Assembly (NCBI GenBank): GCA_028534125.1
Contig: CM052830.1
Span: 16,926,001 to 16,990,000 of the forward strand
Reading direction: 5' to 3'
Length of the DNA stretch: 64,000 bases
From: Lama glama
Lineage: Eukaryota
Within the stretch, counting starts at the first letter, position 1, and each line of letters begins with the position of its first letter. Under the pieces are notes generated by a model. That model did not search any database, was not told the origin of the DNA, and saw nothing but the letters and a program-made list of their open reading frames with translations. Shown here one piece after another: positions 25,001 through 37,700 of the stretch. Made by a program: the position numbers and the translations under genes.

Positions 25001-28000
25001 CGCTGGCTCTCCCCACCTTCCTCTCCCGGTGGGATAGGTAATATAGTACCTGCCTCATAGGGTTGATGCAAGAATTAAAGTATTTTCACATAGAACATTG
25101 ATGCGCCAGGCATCTAAGAATGAGTCATTACACATAAAGTGCTTGGTACTCATTAGCTGTGACCACCACCAGTGTGATGAAGGGACAGAGCCATCACTTA
25201 AAACCAAGTCCACCTGACTCTCAGGCTGGCTTTTCTCCTCTTCATTCGAAGCCTGACTGCATGGACGTCTAGACCTGGGGCTCACGGCGCACACCCTTCC
25301 GGGCTGGCTCCAGCCGTCTCCTCGCCCCAGCCCCACCACCAGAAGGGGCGCTTCTGCTCACCTCGGACCCCGCAGCAGCACAGTTCACGAGGTTGTTGTT
25401 GGGATTGGCCATCCAGAAGGTGGACACAGCACTGCAGGCAGGGGCAGAGATCGGATGGCGTCAGACAAGAGGCTATTGGCTCCCATTCTGACCCCCGGGG
25501 AGGGGACCTGTTGGGCAGCTTAACGTTGGTTTGAGGAGCCTCTTATCAGTGATTTGAGAAACCGCTGATGTGTTGATCTGAAATTCGGTTTTCTCATTAA
25601 AGTGCAGTGCATTTAAGCACTTAAATGTTCAGAATTGGAATGGGCCATGGTTCCTGAAGGTAGAGGCAGTTTGTGGGTGAAACCTGAGATGCGTTTTAAA
25701 ATAAATCTAAGTCAGGAGAACCCAGGGAAGTGGCCGCTTCTAAGGGAGAGGCCCTGAACTCAGAAGGCTGACCACAGAGGAAGCTCTCTCTCTGTCTCTC
25801 TCGGACCCTGTCTCTGCCTCTCTCATGTCTCGAGAGACATCAGTGCAGCTGGTGCCCACGTGGACACCCTGTGGCAGCCGAGGTGGCAGCCTGCCTCCTC
25901 TGCTCAAGGCAGTGCTGCCCAGCAGCAGGAAACGGCCGAGGATGAGAACAGGGGTCCCCAGGAGACACACTGAGAAGGCAGAAGTAGAAAACACACTCCT
26001 GCCCTCTGTCTGAGCAGCTGAGAGCAGTAGGTGGCTAAGGGCGGTGAGGGCCAAGTGGCCCAGAAGCCCCGGGGGTGAGAAGTCGGATGCTGGGCTGGGA
26101 AGTCGCCTGTGCACAGCACAGGGCCCTCCCCGGCCCGGGCCAGGCTGGCGCGGGGGCGGAGAGGAGGTGCTTACTTGCAGTCCTGCCTGGGCTTGGGGAT
26201 GTACCCCGGGTAGGAGTCTTCCGTGATCATCTTGCACATCTTGCTGTCACGGTCGGAGGGAAGGAGGGTTCCAGACTTGACAAGGAGGCCGAGGCAGTGG
26301 TCAAAGGTGTTGCGTTCCTCTGGCCCGTCTTCCGTGAAGAAGCAGTGGCCCAAAGAGTTATAGCCCACAACGTCCTTGACCTGCAGGGGTCAAGATAGGG
26401 GGACCAGTCATTCATGTGCTTATCCATCCATTCAACAAACATTAACAGCCTCGGCCACACAGCAGCCCTGTGAGGGACACTGGGGGGTTGGGGGTGGGCC
26501 TGACACAGGTGATGGGCCTGCGGAGGGAGGGTCAGGGGAAGGAGTAGTGACTTTAAAGCCCCTTCCAGCTGGAAGTGTTGCAACTGAGGCTTCACGGGGT
26601 GGGAAAGGGGACAAAGTGTTAGAAGTGGATGCAAGAGGCCACCATGGACGAGGTCATGTGAGCCTCCCCTGGTGAGGACACAGCGAGTCCACTGACTACA
26701 AGGACTTCACGTGAAGGGTTTCACAGAGGAGACCCCACCAGAAAAGGCAGCATTTGAGCCAGGCCAGGTGGGCTTTTTAGTAAGACTGGTATGGAGGGTC
26801 CTCACGGAGCCCTCACCCACGGGTCCAAGCCAGCTCTGAAGCCCGCGATCCACATCAAGCCTCATTTCCAACCCCTGAGCCAGAAAACCAGAAAAAGCTG
26901 CAAGCTCCATCACTTCAGTATCCTTCCTGGAATCACAGAGCCAGCGGGCCAAGCAGAGAAACCATATGAAGACATGGAGAGATGCGGGGTGCAGATTGAG
27001 CCATGCATCCCACCAGCACAGGGCTCTTACCCAAGTCTCCCAGCCTCTCTCCGACATACGTCCCCACCGCAAAGCGGAGGACTCGGACACCATGATCTCC
27101 AAGGCTCCTGCTGGGTCTGAGCTCTGTGAACTCATCAGTCTGAGACCCTGAAGGTCCTTAGAGGGCTCCAGCCTGAGTCCCCCTCCCTGTCTAATGCCAC
27201 ACTCTGTTCACAAGCATCCCTGACGAACGGGGCTACTGTTTCCACTTAAACACCCCAGAGATGAGATGCTCACTCCCTCCCAAGGTGCCCTGTCTGCAGT
27301 GGGGCAGTGAGGATGGCGAGAAACGCCTCCTTACCTTGACTGAAATCTTCCATCCTCATCCCCACCCCGGGTCCTGACTGCCCAGTGACATCACCCAATG
27401 AGGGACGCTCCTGCCCCCTGTGACATCATTCAACCCACACCTATTAAGTACCTATTAAGTTCCAGGGCGCCAGGCCCTGGAAAATTCGTACATCATCCAA
27501 AAACAACGCCTCCTTCAGCACTGTTACTTTTTCAAGGGGATGTCCTGTCTGTTGCAGGATGTTTAGCAGCAGGGCTGGCCTCGACCCACTGGATGCCAGC
27601 AGAACCCTCTCAGTTGTGACAACCCAAAATGCCTCCAGACATTCACTGCCAGGTATTAAACTGGGGAAGGGGGGTGACAAGATTGCCTTTGACTGAGAAG
27701 CACAAATCCAAGACAAAAACCCCAATCCCCTCTGGCATCTTTTATATGACAGAGCTTGCCTGCTCCCCCAGCTCCAGGCAGCCATGCTCTAGAAGCATCT
27801 GGAACCAGCACCCTTTATGTCCCAGCACCAGGCTGGGCTTTTAACACCTTTTCATCTTGTTGAAATCTTACAGAATTCTACAATAACTTTTTTTCCTTTT
27901 TTGGAGATGAGGGAAATGAGACAGAAAAGTTGAGTATTTGCCCAAGGTCATGCAACCCAGATGTGCAAAGCCAGGGCTGGAACCCTAGTCTTCTAACTGC

Positions 28001-31000
28001 GTCCCTTCACCCATAAGGGAGGATCGCGCACACACAGCTGCCTTATTCCAGGCAAGCTCTCTGTTCCCTCAAACAAGCGTCTCTCCCTTAATCTTTGGTA
28101 ACAGGCCAGGGCGTGATCTTGAATACTGTTCAGTCCCTCAGTAAGCATTTCAGTCAATACCATGGTCGTCCAATGGGACTGCTTCCTTCTCTCCTCGGGA
28201 GCTATGAAAATTTGTTATAAATAGCCTGGAAAGGCAAGCCTGGGAGGAAGAGGCAAGAAAACATGGGCTGTTCATGCTGGCAGGGACATCTGAGACCAAG
28301 TTCAATGCCCTCACTTTACAGAGGAGGACACAGACGCCCCAAGAAGGGACATGGAGCCATGTTGAGAGCCAGGCCTCCTGCCTCCTGCCCACAGCTCCTC
28401 TTAACTCCTGTGTCTCCACTTGCTCGCTGTCTGGATCACACTTTGGGTGATCCTCTTTGCGTGCCAGTGAATAATGAATTCGGTACATTCTTGTTCTAAC
28501 AAACGCCTGAAAAAGAAATTCTCTCCAAGACCCTTGAGGTATGCTCTGGAGAGGAAAGCCTTTATTGTATAAAATAACTGTTAACGTTTTGGGTGTGCAA
28601 TGTTTCACATTGTCTCGTTTAATCCGTAGCACAAGTACTATTCCCTTTCTACCGATGACACGGTACAAAGTTCCCCAATCACTTCCCTTGCAAGGAAAGA
28701 TTGAAACTCGCTTCTCCATCTGTCTGATCCAAAACTTGTGTACTAATTAAATCTCAACAGCACCAGAAAAAAAAAATCCTCTCATCTTTTGTTGCACTTG
28801 TTTCTTCTCCTTAGGGGTGGGCTGAGGATGGCATAGAGTCAATAGGGAAGCACGACTGGGTAGAAGAAAGCCCTGGGTCGGGAGCAGAAGACACATGTTC
28901 AAGTCTTGCCTCCACCACAAACTTGCTGTGTGATTTGCCTGACTGTCCTGGGGGTGACTTCTTTTTTAGAATCTCTTCCAGCTCTAAAATTCTTCCTTCG
29001 AATGTTTCCTAGAATTAGACCTTTAAACTATGACAAAGCTTGAGATAGATAAGACAGATGACAGACAGACAGACAGAGAGCAGCTGGATAACCAGACACA
29101 TACATACGGGCTCACGGGTGCCCACCGCGTCCCCACGCACGCTGCCCAGAAACATGTGCTTCTCTTGCACAAACTGTACGTTCCCTTTGTTCTTCTGGAC
29201 TTCTTCCCTGTTGGTGGTTGGCAATCAAGAAAGTGACTCCTGAGAGCCGTTTTAAGGCTTCACCTGCTGTCAGATGGGGCCTAGGTGTGAGGCTGGGACG
29301 GACAACGCTCCTCAATGCTCCTAGACCAGCCACTTCACATAGGGTGACCATTTAATTTATCGTCTAAACCAGGACATTTCTGAGAGTGAAAGGGGGTCCT
29401 ATTAGTACTCAGTCTGGGACAGCAGAGATGAAATGGAACTGTTCTATGCAAATCGGGCCATAGGGTCACCCCAGTTGTGATGATTCCCCACTCCAACCTA
29501 AACACAGGAAGAAAAAGAAACTGCCGTTTAAAGCGAATACCGACAGAAGTGAACTGTAGGCCTGATTCTGCCCTCTAGGGCGGGTATGATATAATTCATC
29601 TTAGTGAGAAAACTGACAACACATATGATCCTATTCAAAGGAAGACTGAAATTTCTGAGCTTCTGCTGTTTATTATTTTTTTTTCGGAGCTGCTAAAGAA
29701 AAGCGCCGTGGAGTAGGCGGTAATTTGTTTTGCAGGGTGTGTTAATGAGTTTTTGAATATGCAAATAGAAGCTGGGAAAGGAAACCGAGAACCCAATCTC
29801 TCTGCCTAATAAGGAGAAGAATGAGTTTCTAAGGCAGCGGGAGAGGTGGAGAGGGGGAGGCAGGAACTCCACAGCCAGGTGTAGGGGAGAGCAGGGGAGG
29901 GGAGGGGAGGGGACGGTGGGAGAAGAGGAACCATTTCTCTATTTCCAGCTGGTTTCTGTGCTGACCTGTGATGCACCCCCACCTCCTCCCCATCTCTCAC
30001 CCCACTCTGCCAGCAGAAGCCCTGGCCAGGGAAACGAGGACAGGAGTCTGGGTTCCTCATTTGGGCTCAGGTGGGAAGGAGCGGTGAGAACAGCTCATGA
30101 ATCAATAGTGAGAACAAATTCATGAAACTGGAAAAAGGGGAAACCAGGGGAAACAGAAGCCGCGCCCACAATTCCCAGAGCTTTGCGGCTGGTACAGGGG
30201 ACACTGAGTCTCCTCGCCATACAGTTAAAGTGGCTCCAGCCCTCCTTAGTAGGACACCAAAGGAAGGGTGTCTCCCTAAGGCTGGAGGGCGTGGGGACTG
30301 GAGTCGTGTATGGGGCCCCCTGGAGCTGCAGAGCCAATGGGGCAGCCTGTTGGGGCCACCCTGGTGGCTACTGGAGGCGTTTATATCAAAAGAAACATTC
30401 GGAACAGTGAACAAGGTGATGAGGAAGGAAAGGACATGCTTACTTCTCCCATCCACTCTGCCCTAGGAAAGGAATGGAGGAGAAATTAAACAGAATCCAC
30501 GTTGGTGTCTTGTCTGCCTTTCTCAAGAGAACTGGAATGCATTCCTTGCCTTCCAGGAGGAACACTTGGGTGCGCCCCCGTGTCCTGCTCAGAGCTAGAC
30601 ACACACACTAAGATGTAGCGCGGGCCCATCTGACTCCGCAGCTACCCGTCCTGCAGACAGTGTGCTCTAGCGCCTTCCTCTGAGGGCCAGCTTCACCTCC
30701 CATCTGCCAGCATCCTGGAGTTTTGGTGCAAACCACCCCGTTTCAAGCAGGACACTATCGACAGTGTCAATGTCATGAGAGGCATTTCCCAAACTCTGTT
30801 CTGTAGAACGCTGGCCCTATGAGATGCCGAAGTTGGGTGAAAAAGGCCTCTGTGTTGAATCAGTTTTGACATTGCTAGGGAAATCAACATTACATGCGTT
30901 TTTACTACAACCTTGACTCTACTGGCAAGCACGGTGACTTTCTAGAATGGGGAGGAAAGATATATATGCGGTGTTTTCCAAGGTCATTAAATGACTGGGT

Positions 31001-34000
31001 CTACTCTGTGTGTGCGTAGCGGGCGATACCTACTACTATCTCATGGAAGCAGTGAGGTTTTGCACAGAACACAGACAACGAGGCAGTGACAATACTGTTT
31101 CATACCATTGCTAAGTACGTCACATGCATTGTCTGGTGTAATCTTCCCCAAAAGCCTTTGAGATGGGCTCTGTCATCATCCTCACTTTGCACAGGAGGAA
31201 ACTGAGGCTCAGAAAGCGTCAGGCAGTCCCCCAAGTTCACACTGGCAGGATCAGAAGAACACGGGTTGCTGTGACTCTAACCTCTTAACCTCGCTGGGCT
31301 ACTGATGCCTGCAGTGACTCTCACACAAGAGTAAGGAGATGCACGAGGAGGGAGAAGGGGGCAGTGGGTTTGCTGAGTGGGAGCTTGGTGGTGGTGTGTG
31401 AAGTCACATTACTGAGAACCTTTACCAGGGCTCAGGGGGAGCAAAAGTTGAGAAGCACACATTTTTTGTCAGTTAGGAGATGTTGGCAGAAATACCAAGT
31501 TCAGACCACTCCTTCCAAAGGCTGACAGTGAAGAAAAGGAAAGAGCAAAGGTGGGCTGCCCCCGGGGGAGGTGGGGATGAGGGAAGCTGTTCTCTGAGGA
31601 TGGAGGGTACCAGAGAACCATTACAGGTGGTGGGGCGGGAGAAGCCCACGAGTGAGGTGCCGCCCAGGACCCTGGGGGTCAGCTTCAAGGCCCCCACCAG
31701 CTGTGCACACGTAGGAACCCCTCTTTCTAATAAACTAGTGACTGCCCATCCGGGGTCCAGGGCACCTCCAGACTGGGGATGACACTGGGGAAAAGGCATT
31801 CGCGATACTACTGAGTGGCCTCTATACTCCAAATCAGAATAAAATCTTTGTCTGCTTTTGGCCTCCTTTCATCCCGTCAGCTAAAAACATCTTCCCAAAC
31901 ATAGTAAGCTGTTGGTAAATCCTTGGAGCCAAAATCAAGGGAGCACATGTAAAATACGGATGGAGAGAGTCCAGCTCCCGAGGCAGCGTTTCTGAATGTG
32001 GGGCTCTCTGCCCCAGTGGCGGAGCGAATCCACAAAACCCAGGTCCCGACCAGCGGCGCGGCTCCTGGGGAAGGGCGCAGAATGCCCTCTGTTATCCTGC
32101 TGCCTCTTTGGCTCAGAGAGACACAGGCCTGCACTTCACAGAGATTCTAAGCCATGGCCATTTGGTTTCACCTTGAAAAGCCGCGCAGGCCTGCAGGCTC
32201 CCAATCCTAACCACCAGCTCGGCCATCCAGGGTGGCCCTGGGTGAAGTGTAGCTGGAGCCCCACGTGGCCACCGGGATAATGCTATGCAGGCACCTCGGC
32301 CAGGCACCTGGGCTGCCTGGCATCTGGATGACACCCAGGGAGCTGACGGATGCTCCCTCCCAGGCTGGTGGCCAGCATCCCTTGGGGCCAGACAGGAGGA
32401 AGGCTTTGGTACGCAGGATGGCGAGGGTCTTCAGGTTCTGAGAAGTGGTCCAAAGCTCTGGCTCCAAAAATCTATCTCTGCTTGTGGGTACAACTCATCC
32501 AGCTGGCATCTGGTTGTTCCAAAGGAGCCAGCTCCATGGCCACTCCTCACCCTCTGCCTTCCATCCTGCCCCACACAGCTCTCCATCCCCTGCTTAGCTT
32601 CCTTAACTCGGGCTCCTGGCCTGGGCTAACTCTCCCAGCCTCTCGCCAGCATGCTTCCCCGCGGAGACGCTCCCTCCCAGTGCTGCCCCGTAGTGTCCTG
32701 GAGAGCCCACCCTGTGGCCCCACCCACAACACCTCCTGCCTGTGTCCCCCTGTTTGAGCCCGTTCCAGTGGCTGAGACCTGGGCTCACCGCTCGGAGGAA
32801 GGTTTGCTATTACTAAGGCGGCCCAAAACATTGCATATATATTTTCTAACCATACAGCCACGGGAGGTAGCGGTCACGTTCTCTAGCACAGATGAGGAAA
32901 CTGAAGACCTAAGTGATTAAGTAGCTTGATCGAGGTCACCGAGCAAGTGGGTGGGAAAGCACAGACACGTGTCCACACTGCAAGTGTGCCTGTGTGCGTG
33001 CATCTGTGTGCATGTGTGTGGCTGCCCTGAGGTTCAAAGCAGCTTCCACTCAAACCAACCTTAAATGTAGGTGAATTTAAGTTAAATTTAAGGACAAAAC
33101 TTCAGAGCAAATACTTAAAGCAGGCAAAGCTCCTAAGCCTCAGGCCTGTTATCTTCCTTCACCAGCTCTGCCTTGTTCTTCTCACCACACATTCTCAGCC
33201 TAGTCACCAGCCTGGGTGCCAGTGCCTACGGCCTTCACTGCACTCACTCAGCAAAGCCCCCAGGTGGACAGGACCATGGGACGGATGCCTGAGCCCAGGG
33301 CCGAGTGTGTGCCAAGCCCTGGGCCCAGCACTTCCCATGTCCTTTATTCCCCATTCAACAGACGAGGAAGAAGAGGCATGGAAAGGTAAAAGGACCAGCC
33401 CCGGCTCACACCGCCGGGAAGTGGCGGAAGCCGGGTGGGGTCTCCAGCATCCGGCTCCAGAACTCAAGCCCATCCTGAGTCTTCTACTGCACCCCGAGCT
33501 TCTGAATTCATTCTAAACCCCGTTTTTCTGCTTTTGCCAAAAAACATCCTCCTTCGCATCTTTCTTGAACCAGAAGGGAAAAAAACCCCACATCTTCCAG
33601 CAACTGCACCGGCTGCAATCCGTAACCACCTGCTGGGGGAGCCGGCCCCGGGTCCCAGTCAACACCAGCCTGTGAGCCCAGGAGACAGGGTCCCGGGGCT
33701 TGGGTCTCCCTCATGGCGCTGGTTCCCCAGGCCCAGTGCGTTTGGTGTTACTTCCCCACTTGATGGAGGAGGGAACTGAGGTTCCGAGAGGATAAGCAAC
33801 TTGCCCGGGGTTCACAGCTCATGACCCGTGGGCCAAGCCCTGGATCATAGCCCCTTCTCGACTGGGCCCCAAAGCGCACGCTCTCTCCTTTATACTCGGT
33901 GGGTTTTAAATCAGAGCATTTGAAACACAGAGACAGCAGGCACTCCTCTATAGTAGAAGAGCACAGTGAATAGAACTGAAAGCAGCCTCACCAGCCACAT

Positions 34001-34693
34001 GCTGATGGGCCCCTTCATCTTCCTGTCACCGCGTGCATGATGGGGAGGGTCATTATGCTTGGATTAAAGCAGGGCTCACAAACCCAAATGCCCACGGAGG
34101 CCAACAGGTGATGAGATGAGTGGCCCAGCCTGGGGCATTTACTGTAATGTACTAGGCAGTGGCAGGTATGGGGTAAACCAGGGAATACAGGCCTGGCTTG
34201 GCAGGGTGCTATGACTTTGCCCCAGTTCATTGCTGCCATGAGGGAATGTGGGTCTGGTGCTGCCAATTTCATTTACTTTTCAAAAGAAGCCAAGAATCCA
34301 GATTTTTATGTGAAATCTCTAAGTTTTTAAATGATGAAAACTAATTCAAATGTTTCTTTAAACATTCAAGCCAAACAAAACACATCTGGCCACTGGGTTC
34401 ACTTGCTGGGTGCCATTTTGTGACATCCGGTTTAAAAGTTCATAGAGGATATGAATTTAGTCCATTTAAAGAAAGTTCTATTTCGTGTAAAATTATCAGG
34501 TTAGTGTAAAAATTATCAAATGTTTCTCTAGACACCGTATAAGCCAAACAAAACACAAAGCTGGATCCAGCTTTCAGGGTGCCATTTTGTAACATCCAGC
34601 TTCAAAAGTTCATAGAGGATATAAGCTGAGTTCATTTAAAGAAGGATCCCTTTAGCGTAAAAATTATCTCTGCAAGTCAAGACATGCCTCTAA

Positions 34694-34732
<39 letters not shown>

Positions 34733-37700
34733 CCAATTTACTAATGAAGGTATTTCTCCCAGCAGTGATTGCTCTGAAGATACTTGGTTCAACAGAAGAA
34801 AAGGACCCATGCTGCCACTGCCCCAAGCTTGTTGGGCAGATGCGACAAGAGTCTTGCCATGACCCCCCTTGTCTGTAGTTAGCAGATCTGTCATGCTACA
34901 CAGTCATGGAATGATCCTGGGGAAACCGAGGCACAGCAAGAGCTAGACTGACAGTGACCACTGCAAACAAATTGCTCACCCATCTCTGTAGCTTGTGCCC
35001 TTTGGCAAGGACACATCCCTACTGTCTCCTTCCTGTTTGGTCAGTGACCTGTTCTCAATTGATATTGTTAAAATCTGAGCTAAGGATGATTCAACTCCCA
35101 TTGGCCCTAGACTAAGTGACTAGATCCAAACATCCAGCCATTGCTAATGGTCCCTGGGCCCAGCATTAAGCGGACTGGCATGCAGGGGGAGGATGAAGGG
35201 ACAAGGGGGCCCTAGATCTCTTGCTTCCTCGGGAAGGAGGTGCTTACCAACAAGCCATTGGAGCCGTGGACAGTGACGCAGCGAGAGAACGTGTGGTGGA
35301 TGGAGAGGTCCCTGACATACGTGGGTGGGTTGTAGCCTCCCTTCTCATCCACGTCACCCGCCAGGTGGAAGTGAATTGGGTACTGACCCACCAGCTGCTG
35401 GCCCATGTGCTTCAGCTCCACGCCCTCCAAGTGTGCAGCCTTAAACCCCAGTGCAAACTGCGAGAGGAGAACCGAGAGTCAGAAGGAATCCATGAGGTGC
35501 CCCCGATCCCCCTCGCTAGTGCCCACACTCCGAAAATGCACACATGTTGTTCTCAAAGTGCTCCATTAATTCCTGTTTCGGGTACTCAGTACATCAAAGA
35601 TATTCTCTGCAAATGGGCCAGGATGCCTAGTCCTTCCTACCTCAAAGGAGACAAGGTGCTGCTAATAATATAGGGACGTTGCAAGGCAATGAACTACCTG
35701 GAATGAAGAGATGCAGTGGGACTGTGCAATAGCTGGGGCTTGTTTCAACCCTCTTTTCCTGCCTCCTAAGCCGCTGAGTGTTATGGGAAAGGAATAACCC
35801 TGAGATAACCTGGGGGGAGGCTGGCAAAAAGCATGCCCTAGGAGGGTTGGGGAATCCAGGTTAGGGTAGACCACGGGGCAGTAAGAGCCTGTGCCTTAGC
35901 TCACCATCTGAAGCCCTCTCCCAGCCGTGGGAAAGGGATGCTGAGCTGGGAGTCCTCAGCCGCCGATAACTCTGGTAGCGTGTGTGTGAGTGGCGGGGCG
36001 CTCCACTCGCTCACTTCATGCTACACCCAGAGCCACTCCTAGCTTGCTCAAGGGAACCACTCGCTCACACTGAACGTCTTCACTCCAGGAACTCACCATA
36101 AAAGCACAGCTTAAAAATGATTCCTGTCAAAAGTTGAGCTCAGCCAACTTCTACTAGAGAAGGATGACTTAAGGACATGCTAACCGTTCCTTCCAAAAAT
36201 AGGTGTCAGTGGGGATGCCAACTCCAGTAGCGGCTGCCCTGGAGCGCTGTGTTGAGAATGATTCTGAGGCCCAGTTTGGGCAAGGTGGCAAGGAGTGCGC
36301 TGATCACTCAGGGATTACTCTCAAAATGGGAAATGGGGTTGCAGCCTGCTATTTTTGCTTTAGTCTCTCTGACAAGCTTCTCATCTGAAGATTATACCAC
36401 CACCCCTGTCCTCACCACATCCCCAGAACTGACTGGAAATGTGTAGAAGTGTTTTGAGGGGTTGCAACGACTGGGAGCACTGCTAGCATTTAATGAGTGG
36501 GGGCCAGGAATCCTAGAAATCCTATAATGCAGGCCTGCATGACAAAAAATAATTATCTTATATATGATGGTAGGAACCCCATTAGGAGCTCTCTAAGTTT
36601 CACTCCATTATTCTTTTCACTTAGATTACCAAAAAATCTTATCCTTCAAAGCATGTGGTTTTAGCCTCAAGAGAATTGTCTTTACAAAACTCCACAGTAC
36701 TATTGTTCCTCTATTAGCTTCAATCCCAAATCACTGAAAGCAACGGTCACGTGAGGAACATTGGGGTGTCTTACGGTATTCAGTCTGCCAGCAAAAGGCA
36801 CTTTATAGAGAGATGCAAAGAAATTCCTCTTGGAGCTTAATGCTAGGAAAATGTGAACTCCAATGAGCTGATACAATTTTCCTTTATTGCACCATGAGAA
36901 CTCAGCAGCTCACCACCTCCGTCTTAGCCTTGAGCTCCACCTGAAGCTCACAGGGAAATGTAATGCTGGCACTTCGAGCTCTTCTCCCTTGTTTATCATT
37001 TTATCTGTATTTTAATGGATCTAATGTAAATGTGACTTTTTGTGACTTTAACGCAGTTCTTTTAGGGAGCGGTCAGGGTTAAGTAATGAAGAAAGGGGAT
37101 GAAAGCTGTGATCCAGGGTTGAAAATCATGAAGGCAGGGGCACAGTGTGCCAGGTGCCATGAGACTGGGGAGCAGAGAGACGTTCCTCTATCATCTCTCT
37201 TGTTCCTGAATATTGACCGAAGGAACTGAGTGCCAATGCGTAATACATAAGACTTCTCCAACTTCCAGAAGGTACTCTTCCCTTGGTCCTACCTCTGCCC
37301 CTCCATCCCCTTTCCTATCAGGAATCCCTGCCCATAGGCTGGCACTGTGGGGATTCTCTGATTGGGCTGCCTCAGCCAGGCAGACTCATACCTTGATGTG
37401 GCCCCCAAAGGTGTCGAAGTCAAAGAAGCTGCAGATGTGGGTGCTGTACGGGTAGCACTCATCCTCCATCTCCCCCATCACCACAATGTTACGGCTCAGG
37501 AGCCCAACCTCGGCCCGCATGTCCACACCATCTATCTCCTCCCCGATGTGCAGGTACATTGGTTTCCCTAGGGCAGAGAGGAGGGGAGAAGGTGAGAAAT
37601 CAGAGGCACTGCATGTCTTCCAGGCAGGTCTCTTCCAGGCAGGTCCCCGCCAGGTGCTTCTGCAGCTGCTGCTTACATGGTGCATGGTGGTTCCCATGGC

